In this document: in pieces, positions 38,187-44,500 of the stretch
How the letters are laid out: the number at the start of each line of letters is the position of its first letter
Position numbering within the stretch: position 1 is the first letter of the stretch
Source of the DNA: Phoronis australis
Taxonomy: Eukaryota > Animalia > Phoronida
DNA length: 64,000 nt
Direction of reading: 5' to 3'
NCBI GenBank assembly: GCA_002633005.1
Contig: NMRA01000080.1
Span: forward strand, 587,291-651,290
The notes under the pieces: generated by a model
Told to the model about the DNA's origin: nothing
What the model saw: only the letters and a program-made list of their open reading frames with translations
Databases searched by the model: none
Position numbers and translations under genes: made by a program

Positions 38187-39945
38187 TTACTCCAAAATGC
38201 CCTGTTGTGAAAGAGCTTCCGGTGAATCATATGAGCCTCTGTTAGCTACTCGCTAATGGGCAATTGCCAATTAGCTGAATGGTTAGCACGCTCGCTGGTT
38301 AAATCGGGGTCGCTGGTTCGATACCCAAGGTCGGGCAATCTCGTCTATTATGATAATTGGTGCAGTCGGCAAACGGATGATATACCAATGAAGCACTTCA
38401 TAGACCCTGGGGTCTGAGACAGCACGCTTGATGGTAAGGTACAAGCATAATGCAATGTACATGTACAGGCATGATGTAAGGTGCATGCACAAGCATAATG
38501 TAAGGTGCATGTACAAGGCAGGGCATAAGGTGCGTGTACAGACATAATGTAAGGTACACCTGGCTGGTGGCGCGCTAGTTGATAGGAAAGGGGGGAATGT
38601 TGTGAAAGTGCTTCCGGTGAATCATATATGAGCCTCTGTCAGCTACTCGCTAACGAGTATTTGCCTATTAGATGAATGGTTAGCACGCTCGCCGGTTAAA
38701 TCGGGGTCGGTAGTTCGATTCCCAAGGTCGGGCAATCTCGGCTAGTATACTGGGGAACCCAATGTTCGTCCGCCTAAGCATAAAACCGACTTGCTGTTGT
38801 ACTCACCGAATTATTCCACTTCAAAGTTATGATCTGAATAGGATTCGATTTAACTCTAACAGATATACCGCATTCATCGATTCGGAAGTTTTCTTTAATT
38901 TGTGCCGAGTTATTTCAAATGTGCACTGCCTTCGGCAGCCATTTTATTGTGACACCTAAGTTCGTCATATGCTGCCCCCTTTTGTAAAAACTGAGAAACA
39001 TGCAGAAAAAGGCCAACGAAGTAATGAAAATTGCAACAGCCTGTTTTTATTGACATAAACTCGATTTGAAGCTTTGATGTTGAGCTCTGCACTGTGGTTT
39101 CCAATAAAAGCCAATTGGACAACATTTCAATGCAGTTTAATGGTGAATGCGTGAGGCAAAATGTTAAGAACCCAGCGTATCGCATTTGTCTGCGGATTTT
39201 TCCTTTGGCCTTCTAGATCCTACTAGTGCCTGGGAAAAACAGATACATTGCATAAACAAACCCTGGATCATGTTTTGTGTCCCGTCGGAAGAAAATTTAA
39301 ATTCGAAAACATCTTCTGAAAACGCACAAAAAAGTGTATTAGTAAAATCTACTGATTTTTAAGTGGTTTTAAAAAACAATCGGTAAACTCACCGATTTTT
39401 GTCTCATTACTTTGATACGTGTCTCTTCCGATAAGTTAGTACCTAACGTGCAGACGAGCACTCCAAATTGGAACGCTAAGTCCCGCGTGGTTGCGCTGCA
39501 CGCGAAACAAGATGGCGGACGAACTTTGGAGCCTGACGAAAATAGGTAACCGGACTATATTATGACATCCCATTGAATTATGGAACACCTCGAGACCAAA
39601 TTCATTCATAAGATGAAATCCAGCAGCAGTAATTTCATCTAGAGTCATGGCAGATAACTAGTCTATCCACAAAAGAGCCAATGGGCTCACATTTTAGCAT
39701 CTGAAACAAAACACAACAAAAACAACAACAACAACAACAAACTTAATAAAAGGAGAATTTCCACATTCGCATGTGATGTTCATTTTTTCAGAATGAGGGC
39801 AATTTCACAAATCGTGGAGACCTATTTGCAATTCATTGTCAGTTTAGATGATTCAAGAGAGTGAACGCCGTTGTCACATTACCTCGTCGAGTAAGAAGTC
39901 GAGATTTTCAGCTCTTTCCATCAAGTCGTCGGCTGTTTCGGCCAT
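11289..39945 (-). CDS. VPS8: Vacuolar protein sorting 8 (CORVET subunit), complete gene span, 34 coding exons, 4152 nt, about 1383 aa
   Basis: All exons join in consistent phase with AG acceptors and GT (one GC) donors; conserved motifs DAGLPSAMAVSSLIAVGT, DAHPPGTAVLH, FKSLATGGNVSQAL, FLECLEPYIL, SCCLAGRAYP, FDTREFLNVL, ALWFPLL and a C-terminal RING-H2. Confidence 0.95.
11993..12061 (-). CDS. VPS8: VPS8 exon 33, ANLSAEQLNAMENLRRSQKTESR
   Basis: TTTCAG / GTAAGT, phase 0-0. Confidence 0.8.
12247..12439 (-). CDS. VPS8: VPS8 exon 32, RING-H2 second half (CGHGYHSSC...WTCYLC)
   Basis: CTGCAG / GTATGA, phase 2-0. Confidence 0.9.
13108..13274 (-). CDS. VPS8: VPS8 exon 31, TLRHTCINLLHHDLH...CNLC...VIVF
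   Basis: TTACAG / GTGGGT, phase 0-2. Confidence 0.9.
13737..13817 (-). CDS. VPS8: VPS8 exon 30, DPSYSTGKFGEIKELILGMLDTCNYEK
   Basis: TCTCAG / GTGAGT, phase 0-0. Confidence 0.9.
13978..14339. mobile_element. Non-autonomous DNA transposon (MITE) flanked by TTAA, Kolobok-like termini
   Basis: TTAA-AAAGATACTAAACCCAGTTTTG ... CAAAACCGGGTTTAGTGTCCTT-TTAA; a homologous copy in the opposite orientation at 33836-34187. Confidence 0.75.
14906..14988 (-). CDS. VPS8: VPS8 exon 29, MFKEQTRHVLNSMMGYIGPPAILQKIMQ (GC donor)
   Basis: ACCTAG / CAG|GCAAGT, phase 1-0. Confidence 0.88.
15743..15919 (-). CDS. VPS8: VPS8 exon 28, ...IQLCQRSS...REALWFPLLE...
   Basis: TTACAG / GTAAGA, phase 1-1. Confidence 0.9.
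16324..16483 (-). CDS. VPS8: VPS8 exon 27, ICRKHKVSDAVAYLLEKSGDILGAF...
   Basis: ATCTAG / GTAAAG, phase 0-1. Confidence 0.9.
17465..17621 (-). CDS. VPS8: VPS8 exon 26, ...EKYIELMCQYQP...YRLEQTLE
   Basis: TTTCAG / GTAAGT, phase 2-0. Confidence 0.9.
17930..18168 (-). CDS. VPS8: VPS8 exon 25, HQAFSYIQG...LFKFLKGLFEY
   Basis: TTCCAG / GTAAAC, phase 0-2. Confidence 0.88.
18454..18538 (-). CDS. VPS8: VPS8 exon 24, FYRVCELLYEKRQEFDKILSCYWRDEARK
   Basis: TTGTAG / GTGAAG, phase 2-0. Confidence 0.9.
18971..19110 (-). CDS. VPS8: VPS8 exon 23, VLEFLSQPGDDTRHEERQQALMELLQAGG...
   Basis: GACCAG / GTAAGT, phase 0-2. Confidence 0.9.
19561..19720 (-). CDS. VPS8: VPS8 exon 22, RQRVIDILLQVMV...FTFLARQ...LFEQ
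   Basis: TTTCAG / GTATTA, phase 2-0. Confidence 0.9.
20351..20505 (-). CDS. VPS8: VPS8 exon 21, ...LLKFDTREFLNVLALAFEE...
   Basis: ACACAG / GTGAGT, phase 0-2. Confidence 0.9.
20660..20732 (-). CDS. VPS8: VPS8 exon 20, SCCLAGRAYPLGDIADDLAIKVKDE
   Basis: ATACAG / GTAAGG, phase 2-0. Confidence 0.9.
20954..21138 (-). CDS. VPS8: VPS8 exon 19, IVVLCWQNGLYDAILYVYNKGMNDY...LGNKILVYI
   Basis: TTACAG / GTAAAA, phase 0-2. Confidence 0.9.
21441..21843. repeat. Degenerate tandem repeat (about 100-115 bp period) copying the exon 18 3' end and donor region
   Basis: GGTAGATA.TT.CAATTTCCATCTTCACCCC..CCTTAAAGTGG recurs four times; two copies continue with exon-like GTAT.TCTA.A.TAG.CACATCAA. Confidence 0.75.
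21844..22066 (-). CDS. VPS8: VPS8 exon 18, DVLFGRIYE...FLECLEPYIL...SLDIHQ
   Basis: TTTCAG / GTAGGT, phase 2-0. Confidence 0.92.
22468..22607 (-). CDS. VPS8: VPS8 exon 17, MLELLYNYVD...CPESGRIEVLEEHYQNVVPVCVDYCL
   Basis: CTTCAG / GTGAGT, phase 0-2. Confidence 0.9.
23397..23534 (-). CDS. VPS8: VPS8 exon 16, RIEVLVKE...FYDQKAKAVVGL...
   Basis: TTGCAG / GTGAAG, phase 0-0. Confidence 0.9.
24192..24302 (-). CDS. VPS8: VPS8 exon 15, ACAGNHACYQS...LGTK...RTWQE
   Basis: TTACAG / GTAAGT, phase 0-0. Confidence 0.9.
24896..24982 (-). CDS. VPS8: VPS8 exon 14, VLDIGDLQLVYGSSYFKSLATGGNVSQAL
   Basis: TTCCAG / GTATGT, phase 0-0. Confidence 0.92.
25446..26897 (+). CDS. B-box + six NHL-repeat protein (RING-less TRIM-NHL-like) with C-terminal CaaX (CVIL), nested antisense in VPS8 intron 13
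   Basis: 483-aa uninterrupted ORF; B-box CDTC...CLDC...MC..C...H; Pro/Ser/Thr/acidic linker; NHL blades (PWDVAILPNGNIAITD, PRGVATDPIGNIYVAD, PRGVASNSRFEIFVAD etc.); acceptor TTTCAG at 25430 just upstream of ATG. Confidence 0.9.
   Translation: MELSDAEDNMTESPPSGELPLCDTCKSDNKDSAAIWHCLDCDKHMCQLCYNIHVDFGGGGDCRVVKLGDLTEAVPLPDNKDTSHCSNVDAPSSNMLQEPSGGTENGAAVTTLDGVSQAQDTSEKTVPSVTIAQVVVSDDENEINHSSTQETTASPHIPAVEETSQQLGSPPEDAPDTSSPPADTPDTSLPADAPVTSSPLSVKPQKTIQVKKSSTQLRTVNEISAVAVDSNTQEIYVVSHSSKLVMRFKADGTFVRKFASQGANKVKEPWDVAILPNGNIAITDREDKVLKLYNNTNRLLKVFKDVAEPRGVATDPIGNIYVADQETHNIYVFQETHKSCMKVIKPSGCTLITPDFLTINGKKELIVSDAGDDSIKVLSTSGQEASLLFQYGTRGSDWHQLKFPRGVASNSRFEIFVADCYNDRVIVLNMDGSYKQTLLTSADSLVEPQGLELTKDGKLIVATKNGDLLIYQVKKTSGFCVIL
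27118..27201 (-). CDS. VPS8: VPS8 exon 13, WINTRTLLTLDMQERVHVLDVRSNTELE
   Basis: TCCCAG / GTGAGT, phase 0-0. Confidence 0.9.
28154..28234 (-). CDS. VPS8: VPS8 exon 12, VICNSPEDIRFKKLQEMNKSYKLLSIT
   Basis: TTCTAG / GTGAGC, phase 0-0. Confidence 0.82.
28451..28799. mobile_element. About 350-bp fold-back (near-palindromic) MITE
   Basis: Arms pair along almost the whole length: GATGGCCACAGGTACAA/TTGTACCTGTAGCCATC, CTAGCAATCAGCGAATCA/TGATTCGCTGATTGCTAG, TGAATGTGAATGGC/GCCATTCACATTCA. Confidence 0.8.
29474..29653 (-). CDS. VPS8: VPS8 exon 11, VLIVTLKPDLKV...LPLLAWQF...DPVLAFAR...FYQ
   Basis: TTCCAG / GTTTGG, phase 0-0. Confidence 0.92.
29858..30081. mobile_element. MITE with about 55-bp terminal inverted repeats
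   Basis: TAAAGATCCCTTTTGGAACCAAAGAACC versus GGTTCTTTGGTTCCATAAGGGATCTTTA. Confidence 0.75.
30195..30297 (-). CDS. VPS8: VPS8 exon 10, SRGEVCSLEPL...LAMASLSK
   Basis: TTACAG / GTGACA, phase 2-0. Confidence 0.9.
30301..30487. repeat. Minisatellite, 20-bp unit TAATATCAAGTCATATTGAT, about 9 copies
   Basis: Directly visible; abuts the exon 10 acceptor. Confidence 0.9.
30795..30845 (-). CDS. VPS8: VPS8 exon 9, RLIGVRTCESKCLFSG
   Basis: CTTCAG / GTATGT, phase 2-2. Confidence 0.9.
33192..33259 (-). CDS. VPS8: VPS8 exon 8, FTDELTIAVCSDSGGSVFELEMK (second assembled copy at 32511-32578)
   Basis: TTTCAG / GTAAGA, phase 0-2; duplicate copy lies across a single N, probably the other haplotype. Confidence 0.88.
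33836..34187. mobile_element. Second copy of the TTAA-flanked MITE
   Basis: TTAA-AAGGACACCAAACCCGATTTT ... AAAACGGGTTTAGTATCCCT-TTAA; internal AAACAAAATAATGCTCTGTAACCC shared with the reverse complement of 13978-14339. Confidence 0.75.
34222..34308 (-). CDS. VPS8: VPS8 exon 7, ITMWDLTSGKLLRTITDAHPPGTAVLHVK
   Basis: TTACAG / GTACCC, phase 0-0. Confidence 0.92.
34593..34717 (-). CDS. VPS8: VPS8 exon 6, DPQQVLKWCLGST...RLLCGFAKGQ
   Basis: CTTCAG / GTAAAT, phase 1-0. Confidence 0.92.
35531..35618 (-). CDS. VPS8: VPS8 exon 5, DRVDAGLPSAMAVSSLIAVGTAHGLVLVF
   Basis: TTGTAG / GTAAGT, phase 0-1. Confidence 0.92.
36367..36457 (-). CDS. VPS8: VPS8 exon 4, ...HGPILRSVALKQISGQLASAA
   Basis: TTTTAG / GTAAGC, phase 2-0. 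Confidence 0.88.
36986..37095 (-). CDS. VPS8: VPS8 exon 3, acidic PDNEEVFTDDDLLFLQED...
   Basis: CTATAG / GTTTGT, phase 0-2. Confidence 0.82.
37546..37614 (-). CDS. VPS8: VPS8 exon 2, LGEIENDIPKVDTPQSLESILSE
   Basis: TTACAG / GTTTGT, phase 0-0; DIP.VDTP..LESIL.E motif. Confidence 0.88.
38099..38182. repeat. Compound microsatellite (ACAG)n(AC)n
   Basis: Directly visible. Confidence 0.95.
38203..38748 (+). mobile_element. Non-autonomous miniature LTR retrotransposon (TRIM) with tRNA-derived sequence in its LTRs (Helenus-like)
   Basis: Direct repeats of about 150 bp starting TGTTGTGAAAG (38203-38355, 38598-about 38748); PBS-like TGGTGCAGTCGG at 38358; polypurine tract 38584-38597; A box TAGCTGAATGG 38272-38282 and B box GGTTCGATACC 38315-38325. 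Confidence 0.85.
39883..39945 (-). CDS. VPS8: VPS8 exon 1, MAETADDLMERAENLDFLLDE
   Basis: AAAATGG start context, donor GAG|GTAATG, phase 0 matches exon 2. Confidence 0.8.
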
Positions 39946-40270
39946 TTTAATGAAAATGAGGCGAACGTGGTTTTTGTAGCATTTCGTAGTTTTATTACAC
40001 GTGAATATTATGCTAATTAAAAAATCTTTTAACAAACATCTTTAATGAAACTAATAATTTATTTTGCAAAATATATATCGTATCACTAGCAATACTGACA
40101 CTTACCAAACGTTAAAATGACTATTTTAAATTAAAGCACTATCCCAGCTTCACGGAGCAAAAATATCCAATCGAATGCTCAATAATGATCACGTGATTAG
40201 CTAAGCAACCATCAACATTTTTAGTGTGACCGGTGCTAGAAAACGCAGTTAAATCGTGGTTAATAAACAG
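39946..40270. promoter_or_regulatory. Putative bidirectional promoter VPS8 / NME8-like, including a probable non-coding first exon ending at 40270
   Basis: Palindromic ATCACGTGAT (40188-40197), X-box-like GATTAGCTAAGCAAC (40195-40209) and GTATCACTAGCAAT (40080-40093), donor CAG|GTAAAT at 40271, acceptor at 41459 just before the ATG. Confidence 0.55.
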
Positions 40271-41466
40271 GTAAATCTCTTGCTTGTGAAACGAATTCTG
40301 CTCGCAAGAGCTTTATGAATAACCAAATTTTATTATTTATGTAAAAATGTATGGTGTTTTTTCGTTGAAACGTTTATTGACCATACGTTTTCAACTGATT
40401 CCAATGTTGTTGATCGTTCCCTTCTCTCCGAATAGGTTTCTGGCCTTTTGCCCAATTTTTGCAAACTGTGAGGAACTAAAAATGCAACATTTGCAAACTG
40501 TTGATAAAAATGAACTTATATGTGCAAAAATTTTGATATCAAGATAATCGTTTCTATTTGATGTTATGATTTTGGGATCAGCAGGCTTCTAGACCTAGTC
40601 CTTGAATCATGAGACTAAGTCTAAGATTAGTAAGAATAGTTAAGAATAAAACCTACACGCTTTTCGTTTTTCCACCAAGACGAGAGTCAAACTCGTAACT
40701 CTGGAATATGAAATACGTCTATGAGACAAGACAGTGGTGCAGATTCTCTTCTATTGACACTCAGGTTTCGACAATTGCGAACCAAACTTGGGTTAGTTGT
40801 AATGTACCCAGGTTCTTGTAGTTGTACATGTGACATTAACATAACGTTCACCTTTCGCCCTGTTTAGCTGGCCAAAAAAAAACTTTTGTTCTCCATCTCA
40901 TAAAATCAGTCCCCCAACATGGCCATCCCAAATTACACAGTGACACTGAATTGTGTTTTATGCCTTTGTTTGCTATGGTTTAAACTAGCTGTAGGCCACT
41001 AGTTACTGCTTCAACATTAGTATTCTCTTTTTCCTTACTCAAATGACAACTGACAGTTTGTTGTTGCTTGAGATCTTGCTCAGTGAATAAGTTGACAGAA
41101 TGCCGTGTCAACTCAACTTGTAGAGTCTTGTCTCGAGCAGTGACAAACTGTCAGCTCTGTCTCAGTCCAGAAGTCATGCCCGTTTTGACTAAGGAACATG
41201 TTGAGAATATTTTCAAACAGTAACTGGTAAAAAATTTTTTCTTTTGTGACGACTGGTAGGTTTACAGGCACTTCAAGCCAGACACAATGTAGTAAAGACC
41301 ACAAAGAGAACTTTACTAAGCTATAGCAGTTGAGCATGTGAGGAACTGAACTCGGAGCTGCTGTGTTATGGTTATGCGTCTTTATGCTTTAATCACAAAA
41401 CCACTAAGCTGTAACTGTTTGCCTTTTGATTTGTTTTAAGTCAGTTACTGTGATTTCAGAGGCGTG

Positions 41467-41557
41467 ATGGCACGCAAGAAGCAGGAGATAGCCCTGCAGG
41501 CAGAGATTGAAACACAGGAAGAATGGGAGGAAATGTTATCCAAAGAGGGTCTAACTG
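41467..41557 (+). CDS. NME8: NME8-like coding exon 1, [30 protein letters not shown]
   Basis: Acceptor at 41459, donor G|GTACGT, phase 1. Confidence 0.92.
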
Positions 41558-44500
41558 GTACGTCGAGCAGTGTCATGTTTTAAAAGAAATTGTGGCTCAC
41601 ACACGATTCTATTTGACAGGTGCCAGTACCTAAGCTCGCAAAATGCAACTTCAACTGGAATGTCACTTGGCGGTCACAAAACTCATATATTGCGGCACTT
41701 GAACTTTATTGCCATCTTCAAACCATTTCTTCAAGAAAAAGAAATTGATCATCAACAAAGTTACTTCGAAATCTGCACATTTCAACTCTGTTTAAAGTGA
41801 AACATCACTGTCTTGAAATAAAACGTCTATCGGACGCTTGTGGATCTGAAACATTTGGCAGCTGCAACTTTGAATTGAGCGACTTACTAGCCAGCTCTGT
41901 GTGACATCGGTGTTTTCGCACGTTGGTCACTGATAGTCATTATCCCTGTGATTTATTTTTCCTAATGTGAAATGTGATGTATTCTACATAGAAGTTAATC
42001 ATTGAATGTCATGACATTTTTTGCATTTTTGCCTACTGTCCCAAATTTCAAATCCTTATTTTGGATAGGTAACTTAATAGTACTTATAATATGTTTTCAT
42101 TCACACTTTACCTCCAGAATGTACATTCAAAAAGATAAGTCTGTATGTTTTTTTAGTTTTTGCAGTTGGTAGACCATTGAAACAAATGTTTTAAGATGCA
42201 TTTTTGATAAATTGTTTCGTCTCGTGTAATTTGATAGGCTGAAATATTGTCTTGTCTTGTCTTGTCTGATTTGATTGGCTGAATTAGTGGTTTACTTGAT
42301 CTTCATGTTGCTATTGTAGGACTGAAAAAGTTGTTATCAATTTTCATTCGAATTATTGGTCAAACCACAATGCAAACTTCTGTTGATGGCATAAAAGCTT
42401 TGTGGTTATTTAGCTTATTACTTTCACAAAACCTGGGTCCAAAACCATTAAACTTAATAGCAAGTGAAATTTTCAGATAGTACTAGTCTTTTTGCACTGT
42501 TTTTCAAAATGCTGTTAGGAATTGCTTATAAAATAATCCATTTTGCAAGGGAGGCTATGAATATAGAACTTGCGTATTTTTATGAAAAACTCAAAAGTTA
42601 CATTTAAATAAAACTGAAACAGTTCAGAAAACTTAGTGTAACAACTTTTTTGAGTTTTTATACCAACTTACATTAAATGGTCATTGTTTTTGCAATGTTT
42701 TTTTCCTGTGACTGTACCTTTAGTTTGTTTTTGCTAAAAAGACCCTATCAATGGCAGATTGAAGTCAAAAAATCAAATGTACTTTCTGACAAATTCTTTT
42801 GCTTAGTTTTACAAATATTTGACTGAATGCACAGATTTGTTATGATATCGTACATATATCTTAACAATAATTGCTCATTCACACAGCATGGTTTGCGTGA
42901 ATTTTAAAACTTCACTCTATGCGATAATCTTGGTAGTAAACGTTGATGATTTTGGACCCTGGGATTTTATCCATCTTTTGAGTGGCGGGTAAATTCTGTT
43001 CTTGTTTGCTGTTTTACTAACTCAGTGTTTTCCAGTCGTCGATGTCTACCAAGAATGGTGTGGGCCGTCAAAACCTTTTGTTCCCATCCTGCGGCGCCTA
43101 AAAAATGAACTCGGCGATGAGATGCTCAAGTTTGCCGTGGTAGGTTACTAACTCACCTCAAACGTGTTGCGTTGTTGTCTGATTTCACTGATGATCTTCT
43201 TCTCGTAGGATTTCACGTGTCTGACCTGAATGGAAAGGAAGTAAACAGGAAAGGATAAATTCCCATTGTGTATGTGAACATGAAAATTAATAACTTACAC
43301 TTTTTGTGATTTTCAGCATGTGTGGGGTGTGTGTTTAATCATTTTAGCACAGGTTGGCTTCGTGCGACATATACATATAAATGGAATCTCACTGTTTTTT
43401 GATACGTCCCCATGTGTTCATGTATTTCTGTATTGGAACTACATTTTGTATTCTTCCTCCACTTATTCCCTATCAGTGGTGGATGTATATCAGGATTGGT
43501 GCGGCCCGTGTAAGGCCATGGTGGGCCAACTCAAGCGGGTTAAGAATGAGGTCGGCGACGATTTACTGCACTTCTCGGTGGTAAGACCCCCTGCGTGGTG
43601 GTGTGGCGTGACAATAACAAGAAGTGTCTAAATGTGCACCATCGCTGATTCGTTGTATTATGTTCCAGTTGTCTTGAGTTGCTTTCTAACCTAAATTCCT
43701 TAATGCCCGAGTCCAAGTGACCTTTTACTCACAAATTAGTAAGTCTCACCTCAAGAGTTAGTGCTCCCCAAGATGGAGTGCTACAAGCTGAGCTCTGAGC
43801 CTCGAGTGAATTATAGCTGAGCTCACAGCTCACGTCAAGGCGGTAATAGTTGAATAAATTTGCACCTAGTTCATTCAGGCGTTGTTTTCTCACCCCATGA
43901 CGTGACCTGTTACGTCACCTGATGTTCATTTGTGGCTGATGCTGCAGCACATAGCTCACCATCTCTGGTTGTGGCTCTTAGATATTGGTTCACGTTATCT
44001 AGTTTTTAAGGATTTCAACTATCCCGAAGTTCTTGATGCCAAATTTAAATTTTATTACTTTTTTAAACGCAGTTGATTTTCTTTGAACCAGAGCTAGGAC
44101 TATAGCTCGTGTTATGAGTCCTGAAGACTGATAACTGCTGCCACCTTGTGGCTCGATAAGTTTAAATGTCTTGTAGAGTGAAAACAGCTTTGCCATGTCC
44201 AGTTTACACTTGAGACCTCTGGACCTAATCCTAGATGACTTGTTTATGTTGATTTTGAAAAATAGCCACGTTTTCAATATATGAGCCTCTAAAAATCGTC
44301 CACTTTTCCCTACTAACTACATGGTCTATTTGCATTAGTGTGTGTTTGTGACTAATCATCGCTGGAGGTGTGTACCTTACTAACAACAACTCGACACAGG
44401 CTTTGTTCTTGAAAATTTGACTGTTTTATGTTCTGTTGTTTTTGCTTTGCAGTTTGAATTAATAATTTTTATATTTTTGCAGCATGACTGATTAATCTGC

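Noticed and set aside
38266-38337. tRNA gene (and second copy near 38664-38734)
   Set aside because: A and B boxes present but acceptor stem decayed, no clear anticodon arm or T-run terminator; explained as part of the TRIM LTRs.
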